Notes under the pieces: generated by a model
Databases searched by the model: none
Seen by the model: the letters and a program-made list of their open reading frames with translations, nothing else
Told to the model about the DNA's origin: nothing
Assembly: GCA_054600435.1 (NCBI GenBank)
Contig: BAAIJX010000004.1
Location: 682,001-746,000, forward strand
From: Neophaeotheca triangularis
Lineage: Eukaryota
Direction of reading: 5' to 3'
DNA length: 64,000 bases
Made by a program: the position numbers and the translations under genes
Shown here: positions 1 to 11,038 of the stretch, in pieces
Layout of the letters: every line of letters starts with the position of its first letter
How positions within the stretch are numbered: the stretch's first letter is position 1

Positions 1-640
1 ATCTTCAGCTGTGATGTTATTTTTCGAGTGCAAGTTGCGAATTGTCTTTGTCAAGTTTGTCACGCCTTTCTTTAGTGATTCCGTGCGTGCCAGCCTTTAT
101 TGTCTGTCTACGTATACTTATCACTGCTCCCAAACCATCCTTACACGCAATTAATACGTCATCCATCATTTTCAAAAGTTTGAATTGCACAGTCTGGTCG
201 TGAATGCGAATATTTCTCGAAATGGTATAGAAAGGTGCCAAGATTTTCACATTCACTTACGAGAAGCCGCTAAGGGTGGCCCGTGCGCTGGCTGGCCGCC
301 TACCTACTTGCTGCACACCCTCGATCTCTCGTAATCTGCAACTTCTACTATCTTCACCACACAAAGTGACGAAAAGACTCTCGTCAAGACCTTGTTTCTA
401 AGCTCTCTTTGGTCTACCATCGTCTCTCTTTACCCATTATCCATCTTGATCTACTCGAGTAGCCTCCCGACCGCACTGCCGGCCGGAGCCTCACGATACC
501 AAGATCGTCTTCTTTATCCGTATATTTGTCGCTTGAAAAGGGGACAAGCAAGTCGTCACCATCATCCATTAAACATGTATAGAGCGTTTCCGATTCTTCA
601 ACATAGCTAACCGACAAAGAAGAACAAGTACCCACTAACC

Positions 641-1696
641 ATGATGTCGCCCACCGATAAGGCTACCGGCAAATGCAACACTCCAACTATGGAGCGCTCT
701 ACAGATCGTCGACCCTCCAACGTCCCTCCCCCGAAAGCTGGCAAAGTGCTCTTCACCAAAAAGCCTTTGTCTAAATCTCTCAACGGCACCGTCAATGGGG
801 CTTACGGAACAACATCTTCCGGCACAAAATCTTCCGGCAGAAAGCCCACGCCAGGCTCCACGATCGAGCCAGCCACCGTAGAGCTCCCCATACGCTGGTC
901 TGATGTGGCAGGTGCTCGCAAAAGCACTCATCCTGACGTAGCTCCCATCAAGCGCATTCTAGCCATCACCGAAGTCTGCGAGGCTGTGCTGGTTCAGCTT
1001 TCACCGATCGACATCGTCAAAGCCCGCGTAGTCTGCAAAACTTTCCGCGACGTCGTCGATACCTCGCCTACAATCAAGGAGCTACTGTTCCTCGTTCGCG
1101 GCAAAGAAGTGACCCCTTGGGTCTCTGTCAACAACGGCAGCCAATATTACACCGGCAAAAAGGCAGCGGCAACCCTTGCCACTGCGGACAACAAGCCACT
1201 CAAGATCGTTCGCCCTGTCATTTTTAACCCCATCCTTCTTCTCGGCAGTCGCAAGACATTGGGCCTGAAAGATCGCCTCGAGACCCCATACTCACACCAC
1301 CCCGGACGAAACATCACCCTCGGCCTCGACATGCACAAGCAGTGGAAGTGGTCCGGCTCATCGATCGTGTCCGACATGTACCTCAGCTACCCTCCCGTCA
1401 CCAGTATCTTCTACAGCATCCGTGGGACAGTTGAATCCGAGGGCAACGAGAACCGTGGTGGGCTTCCCACGGCTTATGAGACCCAGTTGGCCTCTGGATA
1501 CATTGAGAACGAGGAGGGCCTAAAATGGCGTGACATTAGCCGTGTTGTTGGTGGCACCGTGACATGCTGCGGGGGCAGGATCGATAGATTCTTCGTAATT
1601 GATGGCTTTAGAGTCACGGTGGGGGAGATGGTTGCTGCGGAGAAGGCTGGAGTGATCGATTTGGATGGGGGTAAGGGTGACGAACACCTTAGGTAG
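641..1696 (+). CDS. F-box domain protein, cluster A copy 1
   Basis: 351-aa ORF with F-box-like segment PIKRILAITEVCEAVLVQLSPIDIVKARVVCKTFRDVVDTSPTIKELLFL. Also carries the family motifs FNPIL, DMYLSYPPVTSI and NEEGLKWRDI shared with neighbouring paralogues. Start codon uncertain. Confidence 0.75.
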   Translation: MMSPTDKATGKCNTPTMERSTDRRPSNVPPPKAGKVLFTKKPLSKSLNGTVNGAYGTTSSGTKSSGRKPTPGSTIEPATVELPIRWSDVAGARKSTHPDVAPIKRILAITEVCEAVLVQLSPIDIVKARVVCKTFRDVVDTSPTIKELLFLVRGKEVTPWVSVNNGSQYYTGKKAAATLATADNKPLKIVRPVIFNPILLLGSRKTLGLKDRLETPYSHHPGRNITLGLDMHKQWKWSGSSIVSDMYLSYPPVTSIFYSIRGTVESEGNENRGGLPTAYETQLASGYIENEEGLKWRDISRVVGGTVTCCGGRIDRFFVIDGFRVTVGEMVAAEKAGVIDLDGGKGDEHLR

Positions 1697-1825
1697 TGTA
1701 GCAGTGCTTATACTGTGAGCGTGTCATAGCTTCAATCATCTATGTAAATTCCGTAGCACTCACCCTTTCGCTCCCAACTCATAGCGCCGTAGGGTGCTAC
1801 CATTGCTAGGCGGCTGCGATTAGGT

Positions 1826-1837
1826 AGTCACGTGACT
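1826..1837. promoter_or_regulatory. Palindromic E-box (AGTCACGTGACT), possible bHLH/Cbf1-type site
   Basis: Perfect 12-bp palindrome containing GTCACGTGAC, about 350 bp upstream of the F-box gene at 2186. Function is inferred only. Confidence 0.3.
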
Positions 1838-2185
1838 CTCTTGGCATTCAACTTACGCACGGACACCCCCTGCTTTCTATCCGTTCTAAACCCCTCTCTG
1901 CTGAATCCTACAACCTTTGACTTTGCAAAACATTGACCAATTTGTGAATCTAGCGCCCGCAGGCATATCTTCACGTATTCCGCTCATTAGTGCGACCTGG
2001 CCTGCATCTTCTAGGCCTGAGCCGGAGGCAGATTGCCTGGACCTCGAACTCGAACGGAGTCGATGCTGACGTTAGTGAAGTTCTCCCGAAGACTAAGGCT
2101 GGTAGCCGGGCCTCCGTGTACCCCTTTCAAGAGACTGAGGTCGGCCGGCTCTGCTTCAACAACCGAAAACAATTTCCCCACCCAA

Positions 2186-3100
2186 ATGGAGAGCGGAAAC
2201 GTCTCGGACCCGGCATCGGCCCCCTTGGTCCCACCAAAGGAACTGCAACTAGCCTCCCAACAACCTGCTCAAGCCGTGACGGATGCTGCAAAGCCCTTTG
2301 AGACTGTCTCCATCGAACTCTTCGAAGCAATCCTGCGCTTTCTCCCCCGCCAAGATATCGTCAAGGCTCGCAACGTCTGCAAAGAGTTCCGCCACAATGT
2401 AGACAACTCGCCCACTCTGCGTCGCGCCATCTTCATCGCCCCAAGCGCCGAGCACATCCGTTGGGTTGCTGAGAAGCAAGAGGGCGAGAACTTGGAAGGC
2501 AACATCGTCTACCCAGCCAGGGGAAAGACACACCTCCGAGCCAAAGGCGGCAAACTCCATACCGGCACCCAAGCGCTTAGCTTGCTCAAAGGCGATCCTC
2601 CCAGAGTGCTCGGTTCCGTGCGCCCGATCACGTTCAATCCTCTTCTCATCCCAGCAGCGAGCCCTGGATGGTTCACCACTCCCGTCTCCACACGACTCAC
2701 AGACTACGTTGACGCCGACAACCAGAACAGCATCAAATTCTCCCGCAACATAAAAGTGCTACGCGCAGGCTTCGCTGCTGGGTGTCCCAAAGATTCCATC
2801 TACATGCGCATGTTCATTACCTCGCCGCCAATTACAAAGCTCGGATACATAGTCCAGGAGTGCTACACGAGAGGAAAAGAGTTGAAGGGCTGGGCGATGC
2901 CGTATGAGAAATTCTACAACGGCTTTGAGACAGTGACCAACGCCAAAGGTGTGATGTGGCCGGATCTCATCGATCCTCTCAAGAAACAGACGAGCCTTCT
3001 CAAGGAGATCCAGGTCACGTTCTTGCTTCAAGAAGGTTTCGAGGTCGACGAAGAGGAGTTGGAGGCGGCTGAGAAGGCTGGATTTGTTCAGATCGGTTGA
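2186..3100 (+). CDS. F-box domain protein, cluster A copy 2
   Basis: ATG at 2186 (MESGNVSDP) is in frame with the 2033-3100 ORF. Contains IELFEAILRFLPRQDIVKARNVCKEFRHNVDNSPTLRRAIFI, FNPLL, MFITSPPITKL and NAKGVMWPDL. Confidence 0.75.
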   Translation: MESGNVSDPASAPLVPPKELQLASQQPAQAVTDAAKPFETVSIELFEAILRFLPRQDIVKARNVCKEFRHNVDNSPTLRRAIFIAPSAEHIRWVAEKQEGENLEGNIVYPARGKTHLRAKGGKLHTGTQALSLLKGDPPRVLGSVRPITFNPLLIPAASPGWFTTPVSTRLTDYVDADNQNSIKFSRNIKVLRAGFAAGCPKDSIYMRMFITSPPITKLGYIVQECYTRGKELKGWAMPYEKFYNGFETVTNAKGVMWPDLIDPLKKQTSLLKEIQVTFLLQEGFEVDEEELEAAEKAGFVQIG

Positions 3101-3736
3101 GGAAACTAACTTGGAGACGGCTGAGGAGGCTGGGTCTATTCGGATCTGCGGAATCGGAGGTTGATTGAGGCGATAGCTGGAAGATGATCTTCGAGTCAAG
3201 CTATTGAGGCGGTTTTGCGGACAGCAGGCTCTTGTACTGCTTCAGTTCCGGCATGTTGTGGCATGGTACAAAATTCGTAGACGGCTCGAAGAACTCGAGA
3301 GAATCTGTTCACTTGCTCTTTCGCATCCCTTATTATATTTGCTTTCTTCCGCCTTTGTCATCTCGAGTTTTGCCCCAAGGCAAACGCCAAGTAATCACCT
3401 GACTCGTTTTCTTCGTCCAGTCACACCCATCTCGCTCGTTCACCTTTCCAAGGCAGAGTCCACCTTCTTGTTAGCCAGGTGCAGCGTGACTTTGAGCTTC
3501 ACGCTGTCGTGATTGTTCACTTGCGCCTCAAGGCATTGAACTATCCTTCCAAACCTGGTCTTTTCCTTCGAATTCAACCCAGCCAGGTAGGGAACCACCG
3601 CAATACCAACTGAACGTTCGAATTGCGCACCTGCTGACCTTTCAAGAAACATCATTGCCAGACCAAGGCCGCCAAGTGCACTCCATCACCTTCTCTCTAC
3701 ACTTCAGCGAACTCAAACCCTGCCATCTGAAGCGAC

Positions 3737-4629
3737 ATGGCACCCCAAGGCTCGTCAGCTACAGACCTAAGCGTTAGTATAAAGGAGTTCACATTCGGCA
3801 AAAGAGACATTCTGACCGCGATTGCCAGATGTCCACTTCACCCGGTCTCACGGTCAAAGCAATGTCGTCTCCGCCACCCATCCAGCGCATCCTAGACGTC
3901 TACGAGCTCTCGGAAGCAGTTCTTCTCCATCTCGGGATTCACGACCTCGTCCAAGCCAGAAACACTTGCTCCAAGATGCGCAACGTAGTCGACACCTCTC
4001 TCCCAATCAAGAAAGCGATGTTCATGGTTCCTGGTGACGACCGCGAGGTCTGGCTAGTAATGAATGAAAAGCACGAGAAAAAGGTCTACACCGGCGCCGC
4101 AGCACTCAACATACGCCAAACTCTCGATGACCCCAAGCACCCAAAAGCCGACAAAAGGGTCTTGCTTGCTGTGCGTCCTGTGTTGTTGAATCCGGTGCTT
4201 CTCCGCGTTGCATCAACGTCGCTTATCTATCACACAATGTCCAACAGCGATACTGCCGAAATAACTCGCGACATGGTCGATCTTCGTAGCCGCATCGACG
4301 ATTTGGTTCACTATCGAGTCTTTCCAGACATCAGGATGGGGGAGCTCGAGGTAGTTCTCGGCGGAACGGGGCTCCGTTATTGCCCAAAAGACTCGGTTTA
4401 CATGTCTATGTTCTTGACAAGCCCACCAATCAAGAGCGTCGCGTGGAACGTACACGGGAAAAGGCCCCTGGTGAACAAGGATGGCCTTCAATGGCGAAAC
4501 ATCGTCGAGTCCTTGAAGCGTTGGGAAGACGCCCCCAAGCTCTTTCCCGGGAAGAAGGATGTTATGGGCATTAACGAGGATCATCTGGCTGCGATCGAGG
4601 AGGAGGTGTTTGCTATTCCGAAATGGTGA
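3737..4629 (+). CDS. F-box domain protein, cluster A copy 3 (probably 2 exons)
   Basis: Main exon 3829-4629 has PPIQRILDVYELSEAVLLHLGIHDLVQARNTCSKMRNVVDTSLPIKKAMFM, LNPVL, MFLTSPPIKSV and NKDGLQWRNI. A probable in-frame first exon 3737-3772 (MAPQGSSATDLS) is joined by intron 3773-3828 (GTTAGT...CTGAC...CAG). Confidence 0.75.
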
Positions 4630-5387
4630 GAACCTTGGCGAATAAGTGTGTTGCGCGGCGAACGAAGGGAAGATGAGAGGGCCAGCACTGGGCGGCGGAC
4701 CGACGAGGATAATCTGCGAAACAGAAATGCCCCCAGCTTCTGATGTTCAAGGGGGACCATGGGGCCGTTCTACTGCGATCAATACCAAGAGAACTGCTTC
4801 AAACCCCTCCTCTTACTTCCATGTCTTGCCAACGATGGCACGTAGTCCTCAACGAGGCACTGTTCCACCCTTGCAATGATCGAAATTAGGGCCGTAGCAT
4901 GCGAAACCAAACAATGCCTTCTGCAAGTCAAGACACAGACCAATTGTCTTCGTCCATCGCATCCTGTCCCATTTCCTTTTGCAAATCGATACCGTCGCCC
5001 TACTCGCTGCCAAGAAATCTCCTGACTCGCGCCAACACATGTGACTCTTGCCGACGTCTCAAAAACCCCTCGCAACCGGCTTGCAAACCTTTGACTTTGC
5101 AAGTAACCAAGCCAACTCACTTTGGTTTGACCTTCTCCGTGGTATCCGTGTACCCGGCCATATCGGTCCAGCTTGAGATATCTCCTCCACCTGAGCGCCC
5201 GGGCTAGGCGAGGAGGTAAGTATTTTCGCTTCTCCGAGTGAAGACTTCAGATGGCCCCCATGTTGACCTTCACAAGAGCCCCAAAGCGCACATCAAGGTC
5301 TTCGACACCGACTTGCGGTGTGAGCTTGAGAGCCACACGCTCGCCCTCTCGCGCTCTCAAGACCAAAGTACCACTACCAAAAACACC

Positions 5388-6236
5388 ATGGACTCCCTGA
5401 TCCCGGCCCTCGAAGGCTTGAGCGTGGAAAGCAGCGGAGACTCAGCCAACAAACAAACCGCAACCAACCGCAGCGAGAACACATCCGGAACAGCCATCTC
5501 AACCGACAAACCCACATCGGCGCCTCCCATTCAGCGCATCCTAAACACCTACGAACTGAGCGAAGCCATCCTTCTCCAGTTTGGGATCCGCGACCTTCTC
5601 AACGCCCGAAACGTCTGCACTGCTCTCCGCAACGTCATCGACACGTCAACTCCACTGAAGAAGCGCCTCTTCCTCACGCGCGACGACGCCGAAGGCCCGA
5701 CCTGGCAGGCCCTGGAAGATTGCGGTGCCATGGCTCCCGGGTCAACAAAGCTACTGCAGGAGCAGGTGGTGGGCCTCCCGGAACTAGGTCACGGGCGGAC
5801 AATGCGCTGCAACACGATCCTCCTCAGCCCGAAAATCAACCGTTACCTTCTCTTCAGCTGCGTGACGAAATTTCGTGAATTGCTGTCAAGGATTCCTATA
5901 GAAGCCTCTGTCTTGCAATCTCGACTGCTCGCGGAAAACTTGCAGGACTCCATCTTCGCGTCGATGTATCTGACGAGCCCGCCGGTCACACGGATTGCTT
6001 ACCATTTCAACGCGCTTGTTGCAATTTCGGGCTCGGGGTCAGGCGAGCCTCACTCTGATGTTCACGGCGAGGTGATAAACAGCGACGGGTTGAAGTGGCA
6101 AGACTTGGTCCACGCCATCAAGCTCGCGATGAAAGATCGTGCCTTCTCTGGCAGCTATGAAGGGCACTTGATGGTGGAGGGCTTCGGCTTCGAGCCCGAT
6201 GTGCTCGCGCGCGGAGGAGCGGGTGCTGTGCCTTGA
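5388..6236 (+). CDS. F-box domain protein, cluster A copy 4
   Basis: ATG at 5388 (ACCATGG context) is in frame with the 5238-6236 ORF. Contains PPIQRILNTYELSEAILLQFGIRDLLNARNVCTALRNVIDTSTPLKKRLFL, MYLTSPPVTRI and NSDGLKWQDL. Confidence 0.75.
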   Translation: MDSLIPALEGLSVESSGDSANKQTATNRSENTSGTAISTDKPTSAPPIQRILNTYELSEAILLQFGIRDLLNARNVCTALRNVIDTSTPLKKRLFLTRDDAEGPTWQALEDCGAMAPGSTKLLQEQVVGLPELGHGRTMRCNTILLSPKINRYLLFSCVTKFRELLSRIPIEASVLQSRLLAENLQDSIFASMYLTSPPVTRIAYHFNALVAISGSGSGEPHSDVHGEVINSDGLKWQDLVHAIKLAMKDRAFSGSYEGHLMVEGFGFEPDVLARGGAGAVP

Positions 6237-7230
6237 TGGTATGGGGCAGCGAAACCACGTCAACCCCGGAGTCTCTACCCACGAGAGAGTCGCGGTGCAG
6301 AAGTCGTATCAAGGGAGACCAGTGACTACGGAGCGAGACGACTAGGAAACGGAGGAGGGGAATCTGTTCGGGGGCGTCTGCGGAGACCTCGGTACGCTTT
6401 CGAGTTGCCAGCGTTGATAGGCACTATCCGCGAGGCCTTTCAGCAGATACGAGTCCATAGCACAGCGGGGCACAGAACCCTGCTTCAACGCAAACAATCA
6501 GTTCATCACGTCCGCTAGTCCTTCCACCCAGCTGTCCAACTCTCCAACCGTATCTTCCGAGTACTTCCTTCCGCGCCCCGTGTCTCCACCACATCCCATC
6601 GACTCGGCATGTCTGTCCAGGCCGAACAGAAAGTCAGAACAAAACAGAAGCACGAGCTTCAAACCCAAGCTTAAGAGAGCCGGAGACGATCGTCAAGGGA
6701 GTATAACGAAACATTGACGAACAACCCTGTTGCTTCAGCTCTAGGGCTCCGGATAAGTGCTAGCGACTAGAGCGTTTTAAGAGATGCGCAAGAAAAGCAG
6801 AGTTTGCAATTACCCTCAAAGAGCCATTCGCGGTGTCGGTTGTAGTCCAGAGTTGAAAGAGAGACGAAACACCAACAAAGCGCCCTCGTACTCGTGCTCG
6901 TGCTCGTAGACTGCAAGCTCCAACTATCCATTCCAGACGAGAAGATTACACGACGGACGACAGAACCCCCCGTGTGGAGGGCAGGATCTTGACGGGGACT
7001 CGAAACGAAGGAAACCGTCGAGACGAGTGGCGGGATTTGGCAAGGGCTTGTAATGCGGTACTCGGTTTGAGCGTTCGTGGCCAAAATGTCAACATCACCC
7101 GACGCCTAGACTTGCTCACCCTGGCGAGAAATGGCAGGAAGTTGTAATTCAGTATCCGGTTCGGAATGGGCAGTTCGTACATTCGTAGCCAAAGACGACG
7201 CCGTCGTCCGCACCCTTGTAATCAACGGAC

Positions 7231-8745
7231 CTAAGCCTCCTCACTCTCAACCTTAACCTCCACCCCATCCCCCACTTCGGGTGAACTCCTGGGCGTCCCC
7301 CCCTCCACCACCTCCTTCTTAACAACCCCCTCCTCACTTCCCGTGGAGTCCGAACCGCCCCGACTCTCCCTCTCCGTAAGCCCTCTAGGCCTCCCACTCT
7401 CCTCGCCAACCCCAGCCGAAAGTCCAAAAACCGACTCGGTAGCGCTAAGCCGACTACCCGTATGCGAATGCAAGCCACTCTTCCGCGGCCTCCTGGCCGA
7501 AGCGGCAGCGGAACTACCTCTGCGAGAACGACGACGAGAGTCAGTAGTATCAGCAGCAGCAGCAGCAGCAGTAGCCGGTGTTGAAGAGCGCGAAGAATTG
7601 CGACTGTGGGATTCGGGACGCAAAAGACCTTCTTTGCGACGGCGCTCGCGGTCTCGGAGTCTTTCCTCCGGGGAGGGCCATTCGCGGAGAGCGAGTAATT
7701 CGAGATCGACTTGTCGGCGGCTCTTGCGGCCCACGAGACCGCGTAGGGTTCGCCAGCCGCGCCAGCCCGTCCACCAGAACCATCCGCCTTCCCGTCTAGC
7801 GACTTCCCTTGAGCGCGCTTTGACCAGCCGTCGTAAGCCAGCGCGACGAGCGTTCTCCCGCTCCCAATACTCGGCGCGAAACCCATCCCACCCCTCGCGG
7901 AAATCAGGACTAAAAGGCTTCGGCAGCAGCAACAACCTCACGCCATCACCACCGGGCGCGACATCCTCCTCGACCAACCCAAAGCGCTGCCCGAGCGAAT
8001 TCCAGCCCTCATTACCCGCCTTGCCCGCACCCTGCAGCGACTCCAACTGCCCGGGCAACGTCCGATACCGCACCCTCCCACTCTCGCCCAGCACCCAACC
8101 CCGGAGATCCATGACACCGACCCATCCGCGCAGACTCCACCCGCCCCCATCTCTCACAACGACAACCTTGAGATTAAACCCCCTCAGCCCGCGGTTCGCC
8201 TGTCCAACCCAACGTCTCGGCCACCGCACCCCACGCTCATAGACCCCAGTCCCCCAGACCAGAACCGCAGTCACCATGCCCCCGGTCCAAGCGAGTTTCT
8301 CCCCGGTTTCCACAACCCAATACACGGAGCCGCCTACGCCGGAACCATCTTCGCGCGGTCGAAGGAACAAGAGGTAGGTGAAAGTGGCTAGCCAGGTTGT
8401 GAGGGCGGTTATGAGGAGGAGATGGAGGCGCAAGCGGGCGCGGAGGGCGAGGTATTGTTGGCGGAGACTGGATTCGAGGATCAAGAGGTTGAGGTAGATT
8501 TGGGGCGGGGCAGAGGGGAGGTTGTCGCGGGGATCGGAGGTTGGGGGCGAGTTGGAGGGTTGGGGTTGTGGGGGTTGGGGTGCGGTTATGGAGGGTTTGC
8601 GAGTGGAGGAGGGATTTTGTGGTGGTTGCTGGTGGTTGTTGGAGTCGTTGGGGTGGGTGGTTTTGATGTTGTTGGCGACTTGGGTGGGTGAGATGGAGGG
8701 CGGGGGTGCGCCTTTGACGATTTGGTCGAGTTTGGAGTCGGACAT
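7231..8745 (-). CDS. SPO7: Spo7-like protein, regulatory subunit of the Nem1-Spo7 phosphatase
   Basis: 504-aa ORF. The segment PQIYLNLLILESSLRQQYLALRARLR is followed by hydrophobic segments, RWPRRW...NRGLRGFNLK and LLLLPKPFSPDFREGW, as in fungal Spo7 homologues. Confidence 0.85.
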   Translation of the reverse strand: MSDSKLDQIVKGAPPPSISPTQVANNIKTTHPNDSNNHQQPPQNPSSTRKPSITAPQPPQPQPSNSPPTSDPRDNLPSAPPQIYLNLLILESSLRQQYLALRARLRLHLLLITALTTWLATFTYLLFLRPREDGSGVGGSVYWVVETGEKLAWTGGMVTAVLVWGTGVYERGVRWPRRWVGQANRGLRGFNLKVVVVRDGGGWSLRGWVGVMDLRGWVLGESGRVRYRTLPGQLESLQGAGKAGNEGWNSLGQRFGLVEEDVAPGGDGVRLLLLPKPFSPDFREGWDGFRAEYWERENARRAGLRRLVKARSREVARREGGWFWWTGWRGWRTLRGLVGRKSRRQVDLELLALREWPSPEERLRDRERRRKEGLLRPESHSRNSSRSSTPATAAAAAADTTDSRRRSRRGSSAAASARRPRKSGLHSHTGSRLSATESVFGLSAGVGEESGRPRGLTERESRGGSDSTGSEEGVVKKEVVEGGTPRSSPEVGDGVEVKVESEEA

Positions 8746-9309
8746 TGTTTGTGTTGGTCGAGAGAGATTGTGGGTTATGGTTATGGTTGTGGTGATGGGT
8801 AGATAGGCGCGCTTTGCCCGTGTCGACGTGGTGTTTGGATCTCAGTCCATGGTTCGAAACTCCATTTACTCTTTTACGCTACACGTGGATCAAAACAAGA
8901 GGCGATATCGTAATGAACGTAGCGGTACGAAGGCAGAGTGTAGAGTGTGAATTCAATGCAGTATGATGAGGCACGAGCTGACGTCCAACAAGTGGAACGG
9001 CTGTAAGTGGAGGGAAGTAAACTAGCGCTTCGTATATGTATACGACCGTCCCAGAGGTGGAGGGAGGTTGGTGAAGCTCTAAGCTAGCGCTGAGTATGTA
9101 TGAGCGACCGTCGCTCTTCGGTCTCCGGCCCGCGACGACAGCCACTACACCCGCACCCACACCCATACCCACTCCTACCTAGTACTCCCACCAGTACCCA
9201 AGTCGTGCCAGGTCTGAAAAACAACAAAGAAAGCAAAATAAAAGAAGATAAAAACTGCCAATTCCCTTCAAAACCACCCGTAAAGAAGAACTAAAACACG
9301 CATTCCCCA

Positions 9310-9440
9310 TCTAAAACCTCCCCACGATCACATCACATCACACATCACAGGCTAAACCGACTACCACGATCACATCATACATTAAACCCGGAACCGACTA
9401 CACAGAACCAAACATCTACGCTAAACCGACTACGCCAAAC
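9310..9440. repeat. Interspersed short direct repeats (GCTAAACCGACTAC and CACGATCACATCA)
   Basis: AACCGACTAC occurs three times and CCACGATCACATCA twice within about 130 bp. Confidence 0.55.
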
Positions 9441-9460
9441 CCTCCGAAAAATCAGAGAAA

Positions 9461-9780
9461 GACAAGACCAGCGACAAAGAGCAGCAAGAAGCGTACATAG
9501 CCCCTTAATAAACAAATAAACAAACAGCCAAGTAAAAAGCTACCTTCCAAGAAGCCTCCTTCAAAGAAGACAAGAGCAAAGAGACATGAGTAGCGACGAA
9601 AGAGTGGCAAGAAGCGCACATAGTCCCTAACGAACGATAAATACACAGCTAAGTGAGGAGTTTCGCCTCCCAAGAAGATATGAGCGAGAAGACGAGAGAG
9701 AGAAGACGGGAGCAAGACATGAGTAGCGATAAAGAGTAGTAAGAAGAGTAGTAAGACGAGTAGTAAGAAGAGCAGCAAAA
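9461..9780. repeat. Degenerate tandem repeat, unit about 120-130 bp, about 2.5 copies
   Basis: Units start at GCGA(C/T)..AAAGAG(C/T)(A/G)G(C/T)AAGAAG at about 9471, 9593 and 9726. Copies 1 and 2 align through ...CATAG(C/T)CC...AAA(C/T)A(A/C)ACAGC(C/T)AAGT...CCAAGAAG. Confidence 0.6.
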
Positions 9781-10148
9781 TTCATCTACACCAAACAAAC
9801 CGTCAAGTTAAAAACCTCTTATAAGAGAGAGAAGAAAAAAAAAAAGAGTCTCTAAAAGTCATAATAATTTCTCCTTTAAATTTCCATCTCCCCTTCATTA
9901 AGCAGATATATATCGATCCAACTCGAACTGTACATACAAGTAGGTAGATAGGTAAAGCCAAGGCCTCTTTTTCAATCCAGTCAAGTCAAGACCAAGTCAA
10001 GAACAAGTCAAGACAAAAAGAATACAATAAATACCAAGCCGAAGCGTAAGAAGGAAATACGAAAACTCAACCACTTCCTTTTCACTTCCCTCACATCCTC
10101 CTCCTCATCAGAACTAGCGAGCTAGCGAGCTAGGCTATCGAGTCACCT

Positions 10149-11038
10149 CTAAGCAAGCTGACCGCGAACGGCACCGGGGACGGCGAGCGAGGAGTGGACG
10201 TCGGCAAAGAAGCCAGCGGGGTTGGCCTCGATCTGGGCGACGTTGAAAGCGGCGCCGGTGTCCTCGCCGTCGTCGTTCTCGATGCCAGTGGTGAAGGGGC
10301 CCATCAGGCAGCCGATGCTGACGCGGCGGTCGTCACCAACTACAACGGGGTTGGGGAAGGCGATGCGGGGAGGACCGGTCTCGCCGGCGGCAGCCTCGTG
10401 GATGTGGGTGGAGGTGTCGGCGGCCTGGGGGAGAGAGGGGGTTAGTGGGTTGAATGCTAGGAATGAGTTTGGGAAGGGGGCGGAGGCTTACGGATTGGTA
10501 GTCACCGCGGAAGTTGAAGATGGTGATGTTGTAGCAGATGGTGTTGGTGAAGGAGTTTAGGCCAATGTCGTAGGTGCCAAAAGCGCCCTGGGATTGGGGG
10601 GGTTAGTGGGTGGTTCTGAAGGGGTAGAGTGCGGAGTTTGGAGGAGCTCACCTCGAGACCGCCGGTGAAGCCGTCAGGGCCAACAACCTGGTCGGGGGTA
10701 GCCTCGATGCGGTAGGTGGAGGTGAATTGGAAGAGACCGTCGTTGCCGTTGTCGGGGCAGCTAGGGGGCTGAACGGCGGGGCAGTCCTTGCCCTTGTCGC
10801 CACCCTTGTTGCCGCCCTTGTTGCCAGAGTAGTCGACGTTTTCCCAACCGCCCTTGGGCTCGGGGTAGTGCTCGAGCTCGGGGTACTTGACACTCTCCCA
10901 GCCGCCGGGGGGCGCGGGGTAGACCTGGCCGTCTTTGGCCTCGTACTTGGGCTCGTCGCCGCACTTGCCGCCGGGGCAGGGGGCGGCGAGGGCAGTGCCG
11001 AAGAGGGCGACGGCGGTGGCGAGGGTTTGGTACTTCAT
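10149..11038 (-). CDS. Secreted CHRD-domain protein (3 exons, 252 aa)
   Basis: Signal peptide MKYQTLATAVALFGTALA. Exons 11038-10652, 10587-10492 and 10424-10149 with canonical GT-AG introns. The spliced product has NTICYNITI...YQS...THIHEAAAGETGPPRIAFPNP...FFADVHSSLAVPGAVRGQL, the fungal CHRD signature. Confidence 0.85.

Noticed and set aside
7149..8806. Long alternative-frame and antisense ORFs over SPO7 (similarly over CTF18, SPO71, PLD and the permease)
   Set aside because: These are shadow ORFs of GC-rich coding sequence with no motifs of their own.
9310..9780. Repeat-spacer-like pattern resembling a CRISPR array
   Set aside because: The context is eukaryotic, repeats are irregular in length and spacing, and there are no cas genes.
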